Positions 17,186-26,794 of a stretch of 44,820 bases of DNA are shown in pieces; the stretch's first letter is position 1; each line of letters begins with the position of its first letter. Made by a program: the position numbers and the translations under genes. This DNA is from Escherichia phage SM_S22. The DNA lies in sequence record PP627283.1. One strand, 5' to 3'. Under the pieces are notes generated by a model. It was given only the letters and a program-made list of their open reading frames with translations. It was not told where the DNA came from and made no database searches.

Positions 17186-20100
17186 CGATTGTCTATGATG
17201 TCACAGGCCATAAAGGCGGCGGTGGCAAACAGCACACCCCACAGGAGACACCCGATAGCCTGCATTCGCTGGCTAAAATCCGCATCTTGCTTGCGCTGGG
17301 AGAAGGTGAGTTCGAAGGTATTCCAGACCCTAACGAATTACGGCGGCGCGTATATCTGGACGGAACACCGATCCAGAATGCAGACCTGTCTGAAAACTTC
17401 CCAGGCGCGCGTGTGGAGTTCCGCCCAGGAACACAGCACCAGGATGTGATCCACGGATTTTCAGCGGTGGAAAGTGAGCAATCTGTCGGCGTAAAACTGG
17501 AAAACGGCACGCCGTGGGTGCGCCAGATTAACGACACCAGTTTGGACGCCGTGCGCATTCGCATCGGCATTCCGGCCCTGTACACTAACGAAGATAATGG
17601 CGACCTGGTGGGCGGGCGCATCGACTATAAGATCGTTGTGTATACGGATAACGCCGACCCGCGTGAGTTCAGATTCGCCGCCGTTGGTAAAACAATGTCG
17701 CTATATGAGCGCGACCACCGCATCGAATTACCGCCGAACGTGAATACAGGCTGGCGAGTGGAGGTGCACCGCATAACGGCAGACTCCACATCGGCGAAAG
17801 TGGTTAATGATATCCAGGTGCAATCCATCACTGAGATTATCGACGCCCGCCTGCGTTACCCGCTAACCGCGCTGTTGTTTGTGGAGTTCGACGCCAAAGC
17901 GTTCCAGAACATCCCGCGCGTGTCCATCAAGTGCAAAGGCCGCAAAGTTCTAATACCGAACAACTACGACCCGATTAATCATACCTATTCTGGTGACTGG
18001 GATGGCACGTTTAAACGCGCATGGACGGATAACCCTGCGTGGCACTGGTATGATATTTGTATTACTGAGCGCTTTGGCCTCGGTCGTCGTATCAAACCGC
18101 AAATGCTAAACCGATACGCGCTTTACCAGATTGCGCAGCGCTGCGATCAGCTGGTCAGTGACGGCAACGGCGGGCGGGAAATCCGATTTAAGAATGATAT
18201 GTACATTCAGTCGCAGACCGACGCCTGGACCGTGCTTAAGGATTTAGCCGCTATCTTTGCCGGTATGACCTGGTGGGGCAATCAGATGTTAAATATCGTC
18301 AGTGACCAGCCGGTCGCCGCGGTGTCGCACACTATCACCAACGCCTCGGTCATTGATGGGCGATTCGACTACGCATCCGGTAGCCAGAAAACACGGTATT
18401 CCACATTCGCGGTAGCATACGGCAACCCGAAGAACCACTACGAAGACGCCATCGCAACGGGCCAGCGCGTCGAACTGGTGCGCCGCCATAAGATTAACCG
18501 CCTTGATATTACGGCGATCGGCTGTACGCGTGAATCAGAAGCGCAACGCCGCGGGCACTGGGCGCTAATCTCCAACCAGCTTGACCAGCAAGTTAGCTTT
18601 AAGGTTGGCATGGAAGGACTATTCTTTATTCCGGGTAGCGTAGTAGCGATCGCCGATACAAACATTTCTGGCGGCTTTGAGACACGCGGCGGTCGTCTGT
18701 TGTCAGATCCAGGCACGCGGACGGTGCTGAACACAGACAGCGAAATCACGTTCCGCCCTGGCGATAAATTCCTGGTACGCACCGATAGCGGTAATGTGGA
18801 GACTCGCGAGATCGCCAGCGTCAATGGCAACAAGGTTACGCTAAAAACCGCACTGGACGCCGACCCGATTCCTGATCAGCCGTTTTGCGTCGATGGCAAT
18901 GATATCCAGTTGCAGAAGTTCCGCATCACCGACCTGGAATATGACGACTCTACCAGCACTTTTTCAGTGCGCGGGATCGAGTACAACGATAGTAAATATG
19001 ATGCCGTCGATAATGGCGCTCGCCTTGACCCAGGCATCTTTACGCAAGTTCCTGACGGCGTAATGAAGGGGCCGGAGTCCGTGACCATCACCCCGTCGCA
19101 GATTTCATCGCAAGGCCAGCTAATCACCAACGTGGATATTGTCTTCCCTCCGGTGAAGGATGCCGTGGTGTATGAAATCCAGTGGCGACGTACCAGCTTA
19201 CAGAATATGGAAATCCAGTGGGGTAACGACTGGGTGAATATCCCGCGCACGGCGTCGAATGGGGCGCACATACCTAACGTGTTTTCCGGCAACTACCAGG
19301 CACGCGTCCGCGCGATCGGCATGGGTGAGATTTCATCCCCGTGGGTGTCGTCTGCCATCACGCCGATCGAAGGTCGTCTCGGGGGGCTTAACGCGCCTAT
19401 AATCACCAACGCGATTTCAGGCCTTCACCAAATTTTGTGGAAGTGGAATCACAACAACGCCGCGACCGATATTTCATACACGGAATTGCAGGTACGCAAG
19501 CCAGGTACGGAGGAATGGCACTTCCTCACTAACGTTCCGTATCCAGGTGCGGAATACGCGCAAACGTCGCTGGAGTTCGGCATTTACCAGCAGTTGCGCG
19601 CCCGTGTAGCGGATAAAATCGGCAACCTGTCGGACTGGTCCGCCCCGTTTGAAGGCCAGGTGAGTGACAAAGTTGACGAGTACATGAAGGGGCTTGATGA
19701 CGAGTTCTTGACTTCCGAGGATGGTAAACGCTTCCAGGAAGCGATCGACACCATGCCGCAAGGCATTTATGAAGCCATGCTCACGGACGCGCAGCAATTG
19801 TTCAACGCCCGCACCGAGTACAAGGGTATTTATGCGGAAATCTCGGTCGCGTATAACGTGGCGGCGGACGCGCATAAAGCCGTAGCGCAACTGGAAACGC
19901 TGATCGGCACTCGTCTTGACGATGCTGAAGCGGCGATCCATACGTTGCAGACCGCGCAAAGCACTCATGAACAAGCGTTCGCCCAGTACCAACAAACTGT
20001 TGCCGCTAAGTTCGGGGAACAGGAAGCCGCCATCCAGCAGGTACAAACGGCAACGGCAGACGTAGCGGGCGCACTGGCGGAGTATAAGACCCAGGTCGCG

Positions 20101-20601
20101 GCGCAGTTCGGTCAGCAGTCCGCAGCTATCGAGCAGAAGATGACGTCTTCGTTTAACCACGCGGGCGGTAGTGCCACATACAGCCTTAAGGCTGGCGTGA
20201 CGTATAACGGGACTTACTACGATGCCGGTATGCAGCTTTCGGTCGTGGCGGAAGGTGGCGCGGTTAAATCGCGTATTGCGTTCAAGGCGGACCAGTTCTA
20301 CATCATGCATCCGTCCAATGGGACGCTGTCGTCTGCGTTTATTGTGGACGGTGGCGCGGTGTATATCGACACGGCACGCATCAAGAACGCGTCCATCAAC
20401 TTCGCGCAGATAACAGACACGCTGCAATCGAATAACTACGCCGGCAGCACGCGCGGCTGGCGCTTAGGGAAAGATGGAACGTTTATCAACCTGGGCACCG
20501 GTAGCGGCGGCGGGATGAAACAGACGAACACAAGAATCAGCGTGAAGGACGGAAACGGCGTTCTCCGCGTGCAGATTGGTGAGCTTACTGGTAGCTGGTA
20601 G
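17182..20601 (+). CDS. central tail fibre / host specificity protein J-like
   Basis: 1139 aa, largest ORF, follows M/L/K/I-like genes; terminator after stop. Confidence 0.75.
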   Translation: MTIVYDVTGHKGGGGKQHTPQETPDSLHSLAKIRILLALGEGEFEGIPDPNELRRRVYLDGTPIQNADLSENFPGARVEFRPGTQHQDVIHGFSAVESEQSVGVKLENGTPWVRQINDTSLDAVRIRIGIPALYTNEDNGDLVGGRIDYKIVVYTDNADPREFRFAAVGKTMSLYERDHRIELPPNVNTGWRVEVHRITADSTSAKVVNDIQVQSITEIIDARLRYPLTALLFVEFDAKAFQNIPRVSIKCKGRKVLIPNNYDPINHTYSGDWDGTFKRAWTDNPAWHWYDICITERFGLGRRIKPQMLNRYALYQIAQRCDQLVSDGNGGREIRFKNDMYIQSQTDAWTVLKDLAAIFAGMTWWGNQMLNIVSDQPVAAVSHTITNASVIDGRFDYASGSQKTRYSTFAVAYGNPKNHYEDAIATGQRVELVRRHKINRLDITAIGCTRESEAQRRGHWALISNQLDQQVSFKVGMEGLFFIPGSVVAIADTNISGGFETRGGRLLSDPGTRTVLNTDSEITFRPGDKFLVRTDSGNVETREIASVNGNKVTLKTALDADPIPDQPFCVDGNDIQLQKFRITDLEYDDSTSTFSVRGIEYNDSKYDAVDNGARLDPGIFTQVPDGVMKGPESVTITPSQISSQGQLITNVDIVFPPVKDAVVYEIQWRRTSLQNMEIQWGNDWVNIPRTASNGAHIPNVFSGNYQARVRAIGMGEISSPWVSSAITPIEGRLGGLNAPIITNAISGLHQILWKWNHNNAATDISYTELQVRKPGTEEWHFLTNVPYPGAEYAQTSLEFGIYQQLRARVADKIGNLSDWSAPFEGQVSDKVDEYMKGLDDEFLTSEDGKRFQEAIDTMPQGIYEAMLTDAQQLFNARTEYKGIYAEISVAYNVAADAHKAVAQLETLIGTRLDDAEAAIHTLQTAQSTHEQAFAQYQQTVAAKFGEQEAAIQQVQTATADVAGALAEYKTQVAAQFGQQSAAIEQKMTSSFNHAGGSATYSLKAGVTYNGTYYDAGMQLSVVAEGGAVKSRIAFKADQFYIMHPSNGTLSSAFIVDGGAVYIDTARIKNASINFAQITDTLQSNNYAGSTRGWRLGKDGTFINLGTGSGGGMKQTNTRISVKDGNGVLRVQIGELTGSW

Positions 20602-20605
20602 TATA

Positions 20606-20624
20606 GGGGCTTCGGCCCCTTTTT
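20606..20624 (+). terminator. intrinsic terminator
   Basis: GGGGC-TTCG-GCCCC followed by TTTTT. Confidence 0.55.
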
Positions 20625-20637
20625 AACGAGGTTATTT

Positions 20638-20940
20638 ATGGCATTCGGTATCGCAACGTGGGACGCTCAAGGACGCCCAAACAACTACGGCATTAAACCG
20701 GTAAGCGTGATCGGAAGGATTCATCTTGCGGAAGGACAAAAATCAGGCGCATGGTCGTTTCCTGTACCGGCGGGGATGAAGGTCGGATACGTGGTCGCAC
20801 TGGATAAAGGCGCGGTAGGACCAGGGCGCAGAATATCCGCTAGCGGGAACACTATCACGGTTTCCGCGGCAAGTGCGGTAGGTGGCGGGGTTTACTCCGC
20901 ATCTGAATGTGACGTTATTGTTTTTGTGGAGCGAGCATAA
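20638..20940 (+). CDS. hypothetical protein
   Basis: 100 aa; RBS GAGG; downstream of J-like gene. Confidence 0.4.
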   Translation: MAFGIATWDAQGRPNNYGIKPVSVIGRIHLAEGQKSGAWSFPVPAGMKVGYVVALDKGAVGPGRRISASGNTITVSAASAVGGGVYSASECDVIVFVERA

Positions 20941-21614
20941 TGGCTAATTACGGCGCGTTGATTGACTTACCAAACGGCAACCCGTTTATCACACCAGAAT
21001 CGACGCCGTTTTGTCTATTCCGCCGTGTGGTTGTTGGGTCTTCGGCTAACGGCACTGCGCAGTCGGCGGCTGCCGATATTAATTTGGGTGGTGACTACCC
21101 TGCAATAGCGTTTGTGAAAACTACGCACACCGCCCAGCCGACCGTCGTAGGGTCTTCTCGCGTTGGTAATGTGGTGAAGGTGAGCGCCAGCAATCCATTC
21201 GGGCAAGGCTTCACGATGACGGCTTACATCTTTGCCATATTCCCACAGACCCTTCCGCGGTGGGGCTTCGCTATTTGGGATAAGACGGGGAAGCTAGTGC
21301 TTACTAATGAGAGTCGCGTACTAAGCGATTTAGTTACCGTCGGATCGCCAGGCGCTAACGGGGGGATTAACATTGACCAAACGCTAAACGGCAGCTACGC
21401 CGTCGCTCCGGGCATATTGGGGTCTACGCTGATCCGGTTTTTTGTGCAGGGCCAGCCGCAGGTAATATCGGTAACGGCGTACACGGGGGCCAGATTCGAT
21501 GGGTCGCGAACGCGTATATCGGCAGCGTCGTCGGGGAACGCCACGGGGGATGTGGTGGGGTATACTAACAACGGCAACGCGATTATGGCGATTAACACTG
21601 CAAATTATGATTGA
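20940..21614 (+). CDS. hypothetical tail-associated protein
   Basis: 224 aa, Gly/Ser/Thr/Asn-rich, translationally coupled to previous gene (TAATG). Confidence 0.4.
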   Translation: MANYGALIDLPNGNPFITPESTPFCLFRRVVVGSSANGTAQSAAADINLGGDYPAIAFVKTTHTAQPTVVGSSRVGNVVKVSASNPFGQGFTMTAYIFAIFPQTLPRWGFAIWDKTGKLVLTNESRVLSDLVTVGSPGANGGINIDQTLNGSYAVAPGILGSTLIRFFVQGQPQVISVTAYTGARFDGSRTRISAASSGNATGDVVGYTNNGNAIMAINTANYD

Positions 21615-21617
21615 AGA

Positions 21618-21640
21618 AAGCCCCGAAAGGGGCTTATTTG
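21618..21640. terminator. hairpin between convergent genes
   Basis: AAGCCCC-GAAA-GGGGCTT. Confidence 0.45.
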
Positions 21641-21852
21641 CAGGTTGTGCTTTTGAAATGGTCTACAGACACGTACTGGAAGCTAAACGGATATCCCGCC
21701 CTTAGCATTTTATGCCCGGAGAAGTCTGCAACACCATACACAGGGACCGCATAATCCATACCGCCAGTGTGGTATGTCGCGTCGCAGATCTTGCCAGGAA
21801 TAGTGGAGCAACCAGACAAAAGAACCGCACAAATCATAATTAAGGTTTTCAT
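21634..21852 (-). CDS. small lipoprotein (superinfection-exclusion candidate)
   Basis: 72 aa from ATG 21852 (RBS AGGGGA); signal peptide MKTLIMICAVLLSGC with lipobox; promoter TTGCAA-16-TAATAC upstream; divergent from tail fibre gene. Confidence 0.55.
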   Translation of the reverse strand: MKTLIMICAVLLSGCSTIPGKICDATYHTGGMDYAVPVYGVADFSGHKMLRAGYPFSFQYVSVDHFKSTTCK

Positions 21853-21932
21853 GGTATCATCCCCTATATTTGGTTGAGTTTTAGTATTACACCGCTCAGC
21901 CAGGATTGCAACCAATTTAAGAGGATTCAGCT

Positions 21933-23549
21933 ATGGCAGCGGGTACGCTATCCGTAACGAACAATAGCAAGGCGGTAGTAGGGGTCGGCACAACGTTTAC
22001 CGCGTTTAAAGCTGGCGACTTCCTAACGCTGGTGGTAGGGCAAGTCCCCTACACCGTGGCAATCGCATCAATCGAAAGTAACACGGCGCTTACGCTGGTG
22101 TTGCCGTTCGACGGCCCAACGGCAACCGGCCTCGCGTGGGATGGCGTTAAGCGCGATACCATGTCGCTGGCAACGATGGGCGTTACCGTACAGGCGCAAA
22201 AAGCATTGCGCTTGATGATCGCAGATGAAAACAACTGGCGTGCAATCTTCGGCGACGCTGAAGAAATCACAGTGACGTTACCTAACGGGCAGGTTATGCA
22301 GGGCATGTCATGGGGCTATCTGTCGCAGCTAATGAAGCAGATCGACCCTGTGGAGATGCGCAACCTGCAACAACAAGCCGCCGCATCGGAAGCAGCCGCG
22401 CAAGGATTTCGCAATGAGGCCGAAGGCTTCAAGACCGAGACGGCGGGTATTCGCGACGCCACCAATGCCATCAAGACGCAGACCAACCAGATTAAGGCTG
22501 ATACGCAGGCCATCAAGGACCAGACGAACCAGATCAAGACGGATACGCAGGCCATCAAGGACCAGACGAACCAGATCAAGACTGATACTGGCGTTATTCG
22601 AGATCAGGCCAATACCGCGAAGACGGACGCGCAAGCCGCCCGCGATGCCGCGCAGGGGTATCGGGATGAAGCCGAAGACTTCAAAAACGCGATCGACCCT
22701 ACGCAATTCATGAAGAAGTCGCAGAACCTGGCAGACGTCGCCGATAAATCGGCGGCACGCGCTAATCTTGGTTTGGGGTCGGCAGCTACGGAGAACACCG
22801 TTCCGATCGAGAAAGGAGGAACCGCCGCGACGACTGTAGCCGCTGCGCGCACTAATTTCGGGTTGGGCGATAACAATAACGTAAAACTTGGCACGTTGCG
22901 CCTAAACGGGGGTGAATCGCTAGTCTTCAATGATGTCGAAAGAAACGGCTTAGCACTATCCAACGTGTCGTACGGCATTGACAGTTGGGTAGGCTTCACC
23001 ATGCATAAATGGTACGCCGACTGGACACGCGCAGGAATTGTGCGTGCGGGTGACACCCACGTGTCAGACTACCGCATCCACGTGTGGAGAGATGGTATTA
23101 CTGAAGCGCTGTTCCGCTTCCTGCCGGACGGCAGGCTTATTCAGGGTAACAGCAACAACCTTTCCGTAAATGAGTTTCAGAAAGCAGCGCTGTCGGACCG
23201 CGACCTTAAAAAAGAAATCCAATACACTGACGGCGAGGAAAGCTACAACCGCGTTCGTCAATGGCTTCCGGCAATGTTCAAGTATAAGGAGTCTGACGTA
23301 CAGCGATACGGCCTTATCGCGCAGGACCTGGCAAGGATTGACCCGGAATACGTGCATTTGCTGCCGGGTTATGCCATTTATGAGGATATCAAGGGGGTTG
23401 ACGAGGAAGGGAACGAGGTTGTAGTCGACCGCAAGGAGATCGGGTATACCGACGATGTGCTGTGTCTGGACAGTAACGTGCTGTTGATGGACCTGTGTGC
23501 CGCCTTCGTCCACCTGTTGCATAAAGTTGAGAAGCTAGAAGGTAAATAA
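21933..23549 (+). CDS. tail fibre with C-terminal self-cleaving intramolecular chaperone domain
   Basis: 538 aa; tandem repeats IKxQTNQIKxDTQA; C-terminal SDRDLKKEI...YGLIAQDLARIDPEYV resembles Peptidase_S74 chaperone domains of T5 L-shaped fibre and endosialidases. Confidence 0.7.
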   Translation: MAAGTLSVTNNSKAVVGVGTTFTAFKAGDFLTLVVGQVPYTVAIASIESNTALTLVLPFDGPTATGLAWDGVKRDTMSLATMGVTVQAQKALRLMIADENNWRAIFGDAEEITVTLPNGQVMQGMSWGYLSQLMKQIDPVEMRNLQQQAAASEAAAQGFRNEAEGFKTETAGIRDATNAIKTQTNQIKADTQAIKDQTNQIKTDTQAIKDQTNQIKTDTGVIRDQANTAKTDAQAARDAAQGYRDEAEDFKNAIDPTQFMKKSQNLADVADKSAARANLGLGSAATENTVPIEKGGTAATTVAAARTNFGLGDNNNVKLGTLRLNGGESLVFNDVERNGLALSNVSYGIDSWVGFTMHKWYADWTRAGIVRAGDTHVSDYRIHVWRDGITEALFRFLPDGRLIQGNSNNLSVNEFQKAALSDRDLKKEIQYTDGEESYNRVRQWLPAMFKYKESDVQRYGLIAQDLARIDPEYVHLLPGYAIYEDIKGVDEEGNEVVVDRKEIGYTDDVLCLDSNVLLMDLCAAFVHLLHKVEKLEGK

Positions 23550-23556
23550 GGAGAAG

Positions 23557-23580
23557 GGGCCGTGCGGCCCTTTTTTTTTT
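23557..23580 (+). terminator. intrinsic terminator
   Basis: GC hairpin followed by ten T residues. Confidence 0.6.
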
Positions 23581-24154
23581 AGTTTGAGTTCTCCCAGTCC
23601 ATTTTGCGCCGCACCAGCGGGCTTTCGTAGTATTCCTTACCATCCACTTCCACCAGGGGCCAGTCGTTCACTATCACGTATGGCTCCGCAATATCCTCAA
23701 TCACGCCATGCGCGCTATGTTGTCCGAAATCTACGCCCACCAGGATAACCCCGGCAACGCGACGAGTGAGGTACTCGCGAGCGCAACGTGCCTCGACCAG
23801 TCCTCGACGTATGCCGCTGGTGGCCTTAACCTCGTAGGTCCAGACGGCATCGATCACATGCTCGCGGAAGTCGGGACCGGATTTTACCTTGCGCTTGCCG
23901 ACCATGATAATATCGCCTCGGTCGATAGTGTTAGCGCTAAACAGGCCGGTACGCATGAGTAATCCTTGCGGGATACAGCTACGCCCGCCCGCCTGCCCTT
24001 CGAGGTACATACCCGCAAACATCTCACCAAGTACCCCGACAAGACGGCTTTGCTTGCAAGCGTCGGACTTATACCGCCACTGGTCAAACTCGATGCTTGC
24101 TATCATTGCCGCCAGGTGGAATTGTTTACCAGATATTTCATATTCGCCGTACAT
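23579..24154 (-). CDS. hypothetical protein, possible PD-(D/E)XK-type nuclease
   Basis: 191 aa; weak GDIIMVGK...PDF...YEVK pattern; last gene of minus-strand block. Confidence 0.3.
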   Translation of the reverse strand: MYGEYEISGKQFHLAAMIASIEFDQWRYKSDACKQSRLVGVLGEMFAGMYLEGQAGGRSCIPQGLLMRTGLFSANTIDRGDIIMVGKRKVKSGPDFREHVIDAVWTYEVKATSGIRRGLVEARCAREYLTRRVAGVILVGVDFGQHSAHGVIEDIAEPYVIVNDWPLVEVDGKEYYESPLVRRKMDWENSN

Positions 24155-24196
24155 CGTGTGGTCCTCATTGATGCGGGCCGAAGCCCGCGATTAGAA

Positions 24197-24718
24197 TTAT
24201 TTAAGTGCGCCAGTCACCAGTGTTTTTTCCATGTTACGGAAGTCTTCCGGCGTCATAAGGATTTTGGATCCGTCTTCGCCAGTGAGCACGACCATAGGCT
24301 GAACGTCCTGGTCTACGACGCCGAAATTGGCGGCATTAACAGTCTTGCCTGCCGATGACGAAGGATGCCACGTCCCCGCGGTGGCGATGGGCCAACCTTT
24401 AAGGCTGTCGAATTGTGCTGCCGTTGTATCGACCTGAATCTCGTCGTGCACGGTCATGTACGACTCGCCCAGCAGGGCGGAATACGCTACCATGTCGACG
24501 ATATTGTCCTCCTGGTGCTTACGGTGCTGACGAACCAGCTTGAGGCAGATCAGGAAGGTCCAGGCTTCCTGCTCGGTAAGGTCGCGACCGGTAAGCGCGT
24601 TAAACACGGCCGCGATCTGTTTAGCGCTGCGTTCTTCTTTCGCGTTGTCATAGCCGTTTTCTTTTCCGCGCTGTTCCATAGTGGTGGCGGCGTTTTTGCA
24701 GTATTCGTATGCTTTCAC
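24197..24718 (-). CDS. hypothetical protein, possibly MazG-like all-alpha NTP pyrophosphohydrolase; GTG start
   Basis: 173 aa; acidic helix pattern EQEAW...EDNIVDMVAYSALLGE; weak. Confidence 0.3.
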   Translation of the reverse strand: MKAYEYCKNAATTMEQRGKENGYDNAKEERSAKQIAAVFNALTGRDLTEQEAWTFLICLKLVRQHRKHQEDNIVDMVAYSALLGESYMTVHDEIQVDTTAAQFDSLKGWPIATAGTWHPSSSAGKTVNAANFGVVDQDVQPMVVLTGEDGSKILMTPEDFRNMEKTLVTGALK

Positions 24719-24779
24719 GATGTTTTCCTTTTTAGTGGGAGGCGTATTGCCCCGACGCGTTAACTATAGTGCAACCAAC

Positions 24780-25250
24780 CTATTGGTTGCAAGTGAATTT
24801 TGCAACGTTTATCGCGTAAATTTTCGGGACCAAATCACCACACGCCCGACGAATTGCCGCGATGTTCTTCTCGCAATCTTCAATGATGACCAGTTCCGAC
24901 ACGTCCGCATAGCAGACCATTTTGAACACGGCGCACGCCTTAAACTCAGGCGGCGGGGTGTCGTCCTGCATGTGGCGCATAAACAACCGGCCTACCGGGA
25001 AGACCTCCAATTGCCTGGCGGTGGTGTCCCAGCATTCTCGCTGCCGGTTGGTCAGATACGCGATCTCGAAGCCTTGCTCTTTATACATGCTCAACAGCGG
25101 CAGCATATCCATGTTAAGGTCTTCGCGTACGTGCGCTTTGTGCCACTTCGCCCAAAATGTTGATTTGGTTTTTATCCCCGGCACCAGGTCGGCACGCGCA
25201 TCACTTGACCCGTTAATAACGCCATCCAAATCGCAAATCAGTAATTTCAT
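24780..25250 (-). CDS. HAD-superfamily phosphatase (nucleotidase / PNK-phosphatase-like)
   Basis: 156 aa; HAD motif I LICDLDGVI at N-terminus. Confidence 0.5.
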   Translation of the reverse strand: MKLLICDLDGVINGSSDARADLVPGIKTKSTFWAKWHKAHVREDLNMDMLPLLSMYKEQGFEIAYLTNRQRECWDTTARQLEVFPVGRLFMRHMQDDTPPPEFKACAVFKMVCYADVSELVIIEDCEKNIAAIRRACGDLVPKIYAINVAKFTCNQ

Positions 25251-25471
25251 TTCAATTCCTCAATCAGATTTTCACGAACAATACGGGCGGAAAACGTGCC
25301 ACACACAAGATGGCAGCGGGCAGTCATTACAAGCCAGCCGGTAAGGTCCAGGCCGAGCAATTGCTCCGGGCGGCTGACCCGCCGCACTTTGTTCTCCCTC
25401 GGGTTAATTTGGTAGCGTTTAACAATTTCGTCCACGACGCGCGGACTGCGATCAACGACTAAGATATTCAA
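25247..25471 (-). CDS. hypothetical protein
   Basis: 74 aa, overlaps neighbours. Confidence 0.3.
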   Translation of the reverse strand: MNILVVDRSPRVVDEIVKRYQINPRENKVRRVSRPEQLLGLDLTGWLVMTARCHLVCGTFSARIVRENLIEELK

Positions 25472-25937
25472 GGAGTTCTCCTTCGCTCATTATTTCAATT
25501 CGTGCGCTGCCGCTGGGCGGCGCTTCGTCAAAGATTATCAATTGCTGGCATTTGTTATTGCTCGGCCCGACTTCACCGGTGACAGCGTGAATGAATCTAA
25601 TCCGCCAGTCCAGAAGAATTATCAGGTTTGCAGTCTTCCGGGCCAGCTTCGCCCACTTCGTCGACGTGTCCTGATTCAGTAGCATGACCGTCCGGCGTCC
25701 GTGCGCTGCGCACTCCACCCACGGCAGCGGATCGGAATACGGCGGATTGCACCACTTCCACCCTTTCAACTCCGCCCAGTCCGCATCAAGCGCGCTATGT
25801 TCTGCCGTGAAGTAACGCGGTAGCAGATGGTTGGCGTCGCTTGCCGCCATATCGTAACGGAATCGGAACTTACGGCGCAGCGGTTTAAATAAAGCTGGCG
25901 GCGTGCGCCAGCTATCTTTTTGCTCACTCTTCTGCAT
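25452..25937 (-). CDS. DNA N6-adenine methyltransferase (phage Dam family)
   Basis: 161 aa; WRTPP near N-terminus and NPPY motif (WCNPPYS). Confidence 0.65.
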   Translation of the reverse strand: MQKSEQKDSWRTPPALFKPLRRKFRFRYDMAASDANHLLPRYFTAEHSALDADWAELKGWKWCNPPYSDPLPWVECAAHGRRTVMLLNQDTSTKWAKLARKTANLIILLDWRIRFIHAVTGEVGPSNNKCQQLIIFDEAPPSGSARIEIMSEGELLEYLSR

Positions 25938-26388
25938 GGTCGGTGTCTATCGCATAAAGTGGAGTCTTACCACCTTTATTGATGACGCGTGCAACGCGCT
26001 TTGATTCCTCAGCACTAAGCGGGCGCTCGTCTGGGTAGAAGCTGCCGTTTGTAGGGTTGCGCCACGCCATAAGCACAAGGTCTTTCCGGGCGATCGAAGA
26101 CTGGCGGCCCTTCGGACGCACGTACTCCTCGGCCCGTTTGCAATGCTCACGCAGCCCGTCGGCAGTGATGCGGTTTAGCGCGACGGTGGTTGTGTACCCG
26201 GTGCGCTGCATAATACCCATCAACTCATACAGCAGATCGAAGCGCTCCTCTAATTCCTTGCGCGCCTTCTCCTCGCCTTCATAGCTCGCCAGGTAGGTGT
26301 CTGCCAGCGCGCTAACACGTTCGGCATGTTCGCGGGCTTCGAGGCATTGTGCGGCCCAGTAATCTTTTTCTTCTTGTAAAATTTTCAT
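25924..26388 (-). CDS. hypothetical protein
   Basis: 154 aa, helical/charged. Confidence 0.35.
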   Translation of the reverse strand: MKILQEEKDYWAAQCLEAREHAERVSALADTYLASYEGEEKARKELEERFDLLYELMGIMQRTGYTTTVALNRITADGLREHCKRAEEYVRPKGRQSSIARKDLVLMAWRNPTNGSFYPDERPLSAEESKRVARVINKGGKTPLYAIDTDHAEE

Positions 26389-26443
26389 CGTGTTGTCTCC
26401 GGGGTATTAAAAAGGGCGTCCAAACCGGACACCCTCAATATAA

Positions 26444-26470
26444 TGCAACCAATATGATTGTGCAACCAAT
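26444..26470 (-). promoter_or_regulatory. internal sigma70-like promoter with TGCAACCAAT pair
   Basis: Minus-strand read TTGCAC-17-TATATT; two TGCAACCAAT copies (26444-26453, 26461-26470). Confidence 0.4.
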
Positions 26471-26794
26471 TTACGCATAAAAGTTAGGGTTGCGTGCAAC
26501 GTCTACCAGGTAAAGGTTGCTCATGCGGTTGCCGTAGTGCCCTGGAGTGCGCTGGCGGCACACAACGGCGAAGCCTGGTGGAATTGTATTGCCCGTCTCA
26601 ATAATCCACGCCACGCGTGCTCCTGACAGCGTTTTGCCGTTGTATTCGATGCGTGTTCCGCCATCGGCAGTGTTAAGGTTACCAATCTTGCAGCCTGTGG
26701 ACTTCAGGCGGATGACGCCGGTCTTACTGTCGTAGGAAAAAAGCTGATTGGTCATTGCCACTGAAAAGTCGATGGCGTCGAATGTAGTATTCAT
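26471..26794 (-). CDS. HNH_3/AP2-like domain protein (possibly degenerate HNH)
   Basis: 107 aa; YDSKTGVIR...GGTRIEYNGKTLSGARVAWIIETG...SNL pattern. Confidence 0.35.
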   Translation of the reverse strand: MNTTFDAIDFSVAMTNQLFSYDSKTGVIRLKSTGCKIGNLNTADGGTRIEYNGKTLSGARVAWIIETGNTIPPGFAVVCRQRTPGHYGNRMSNLYLVDVARNPNFYA

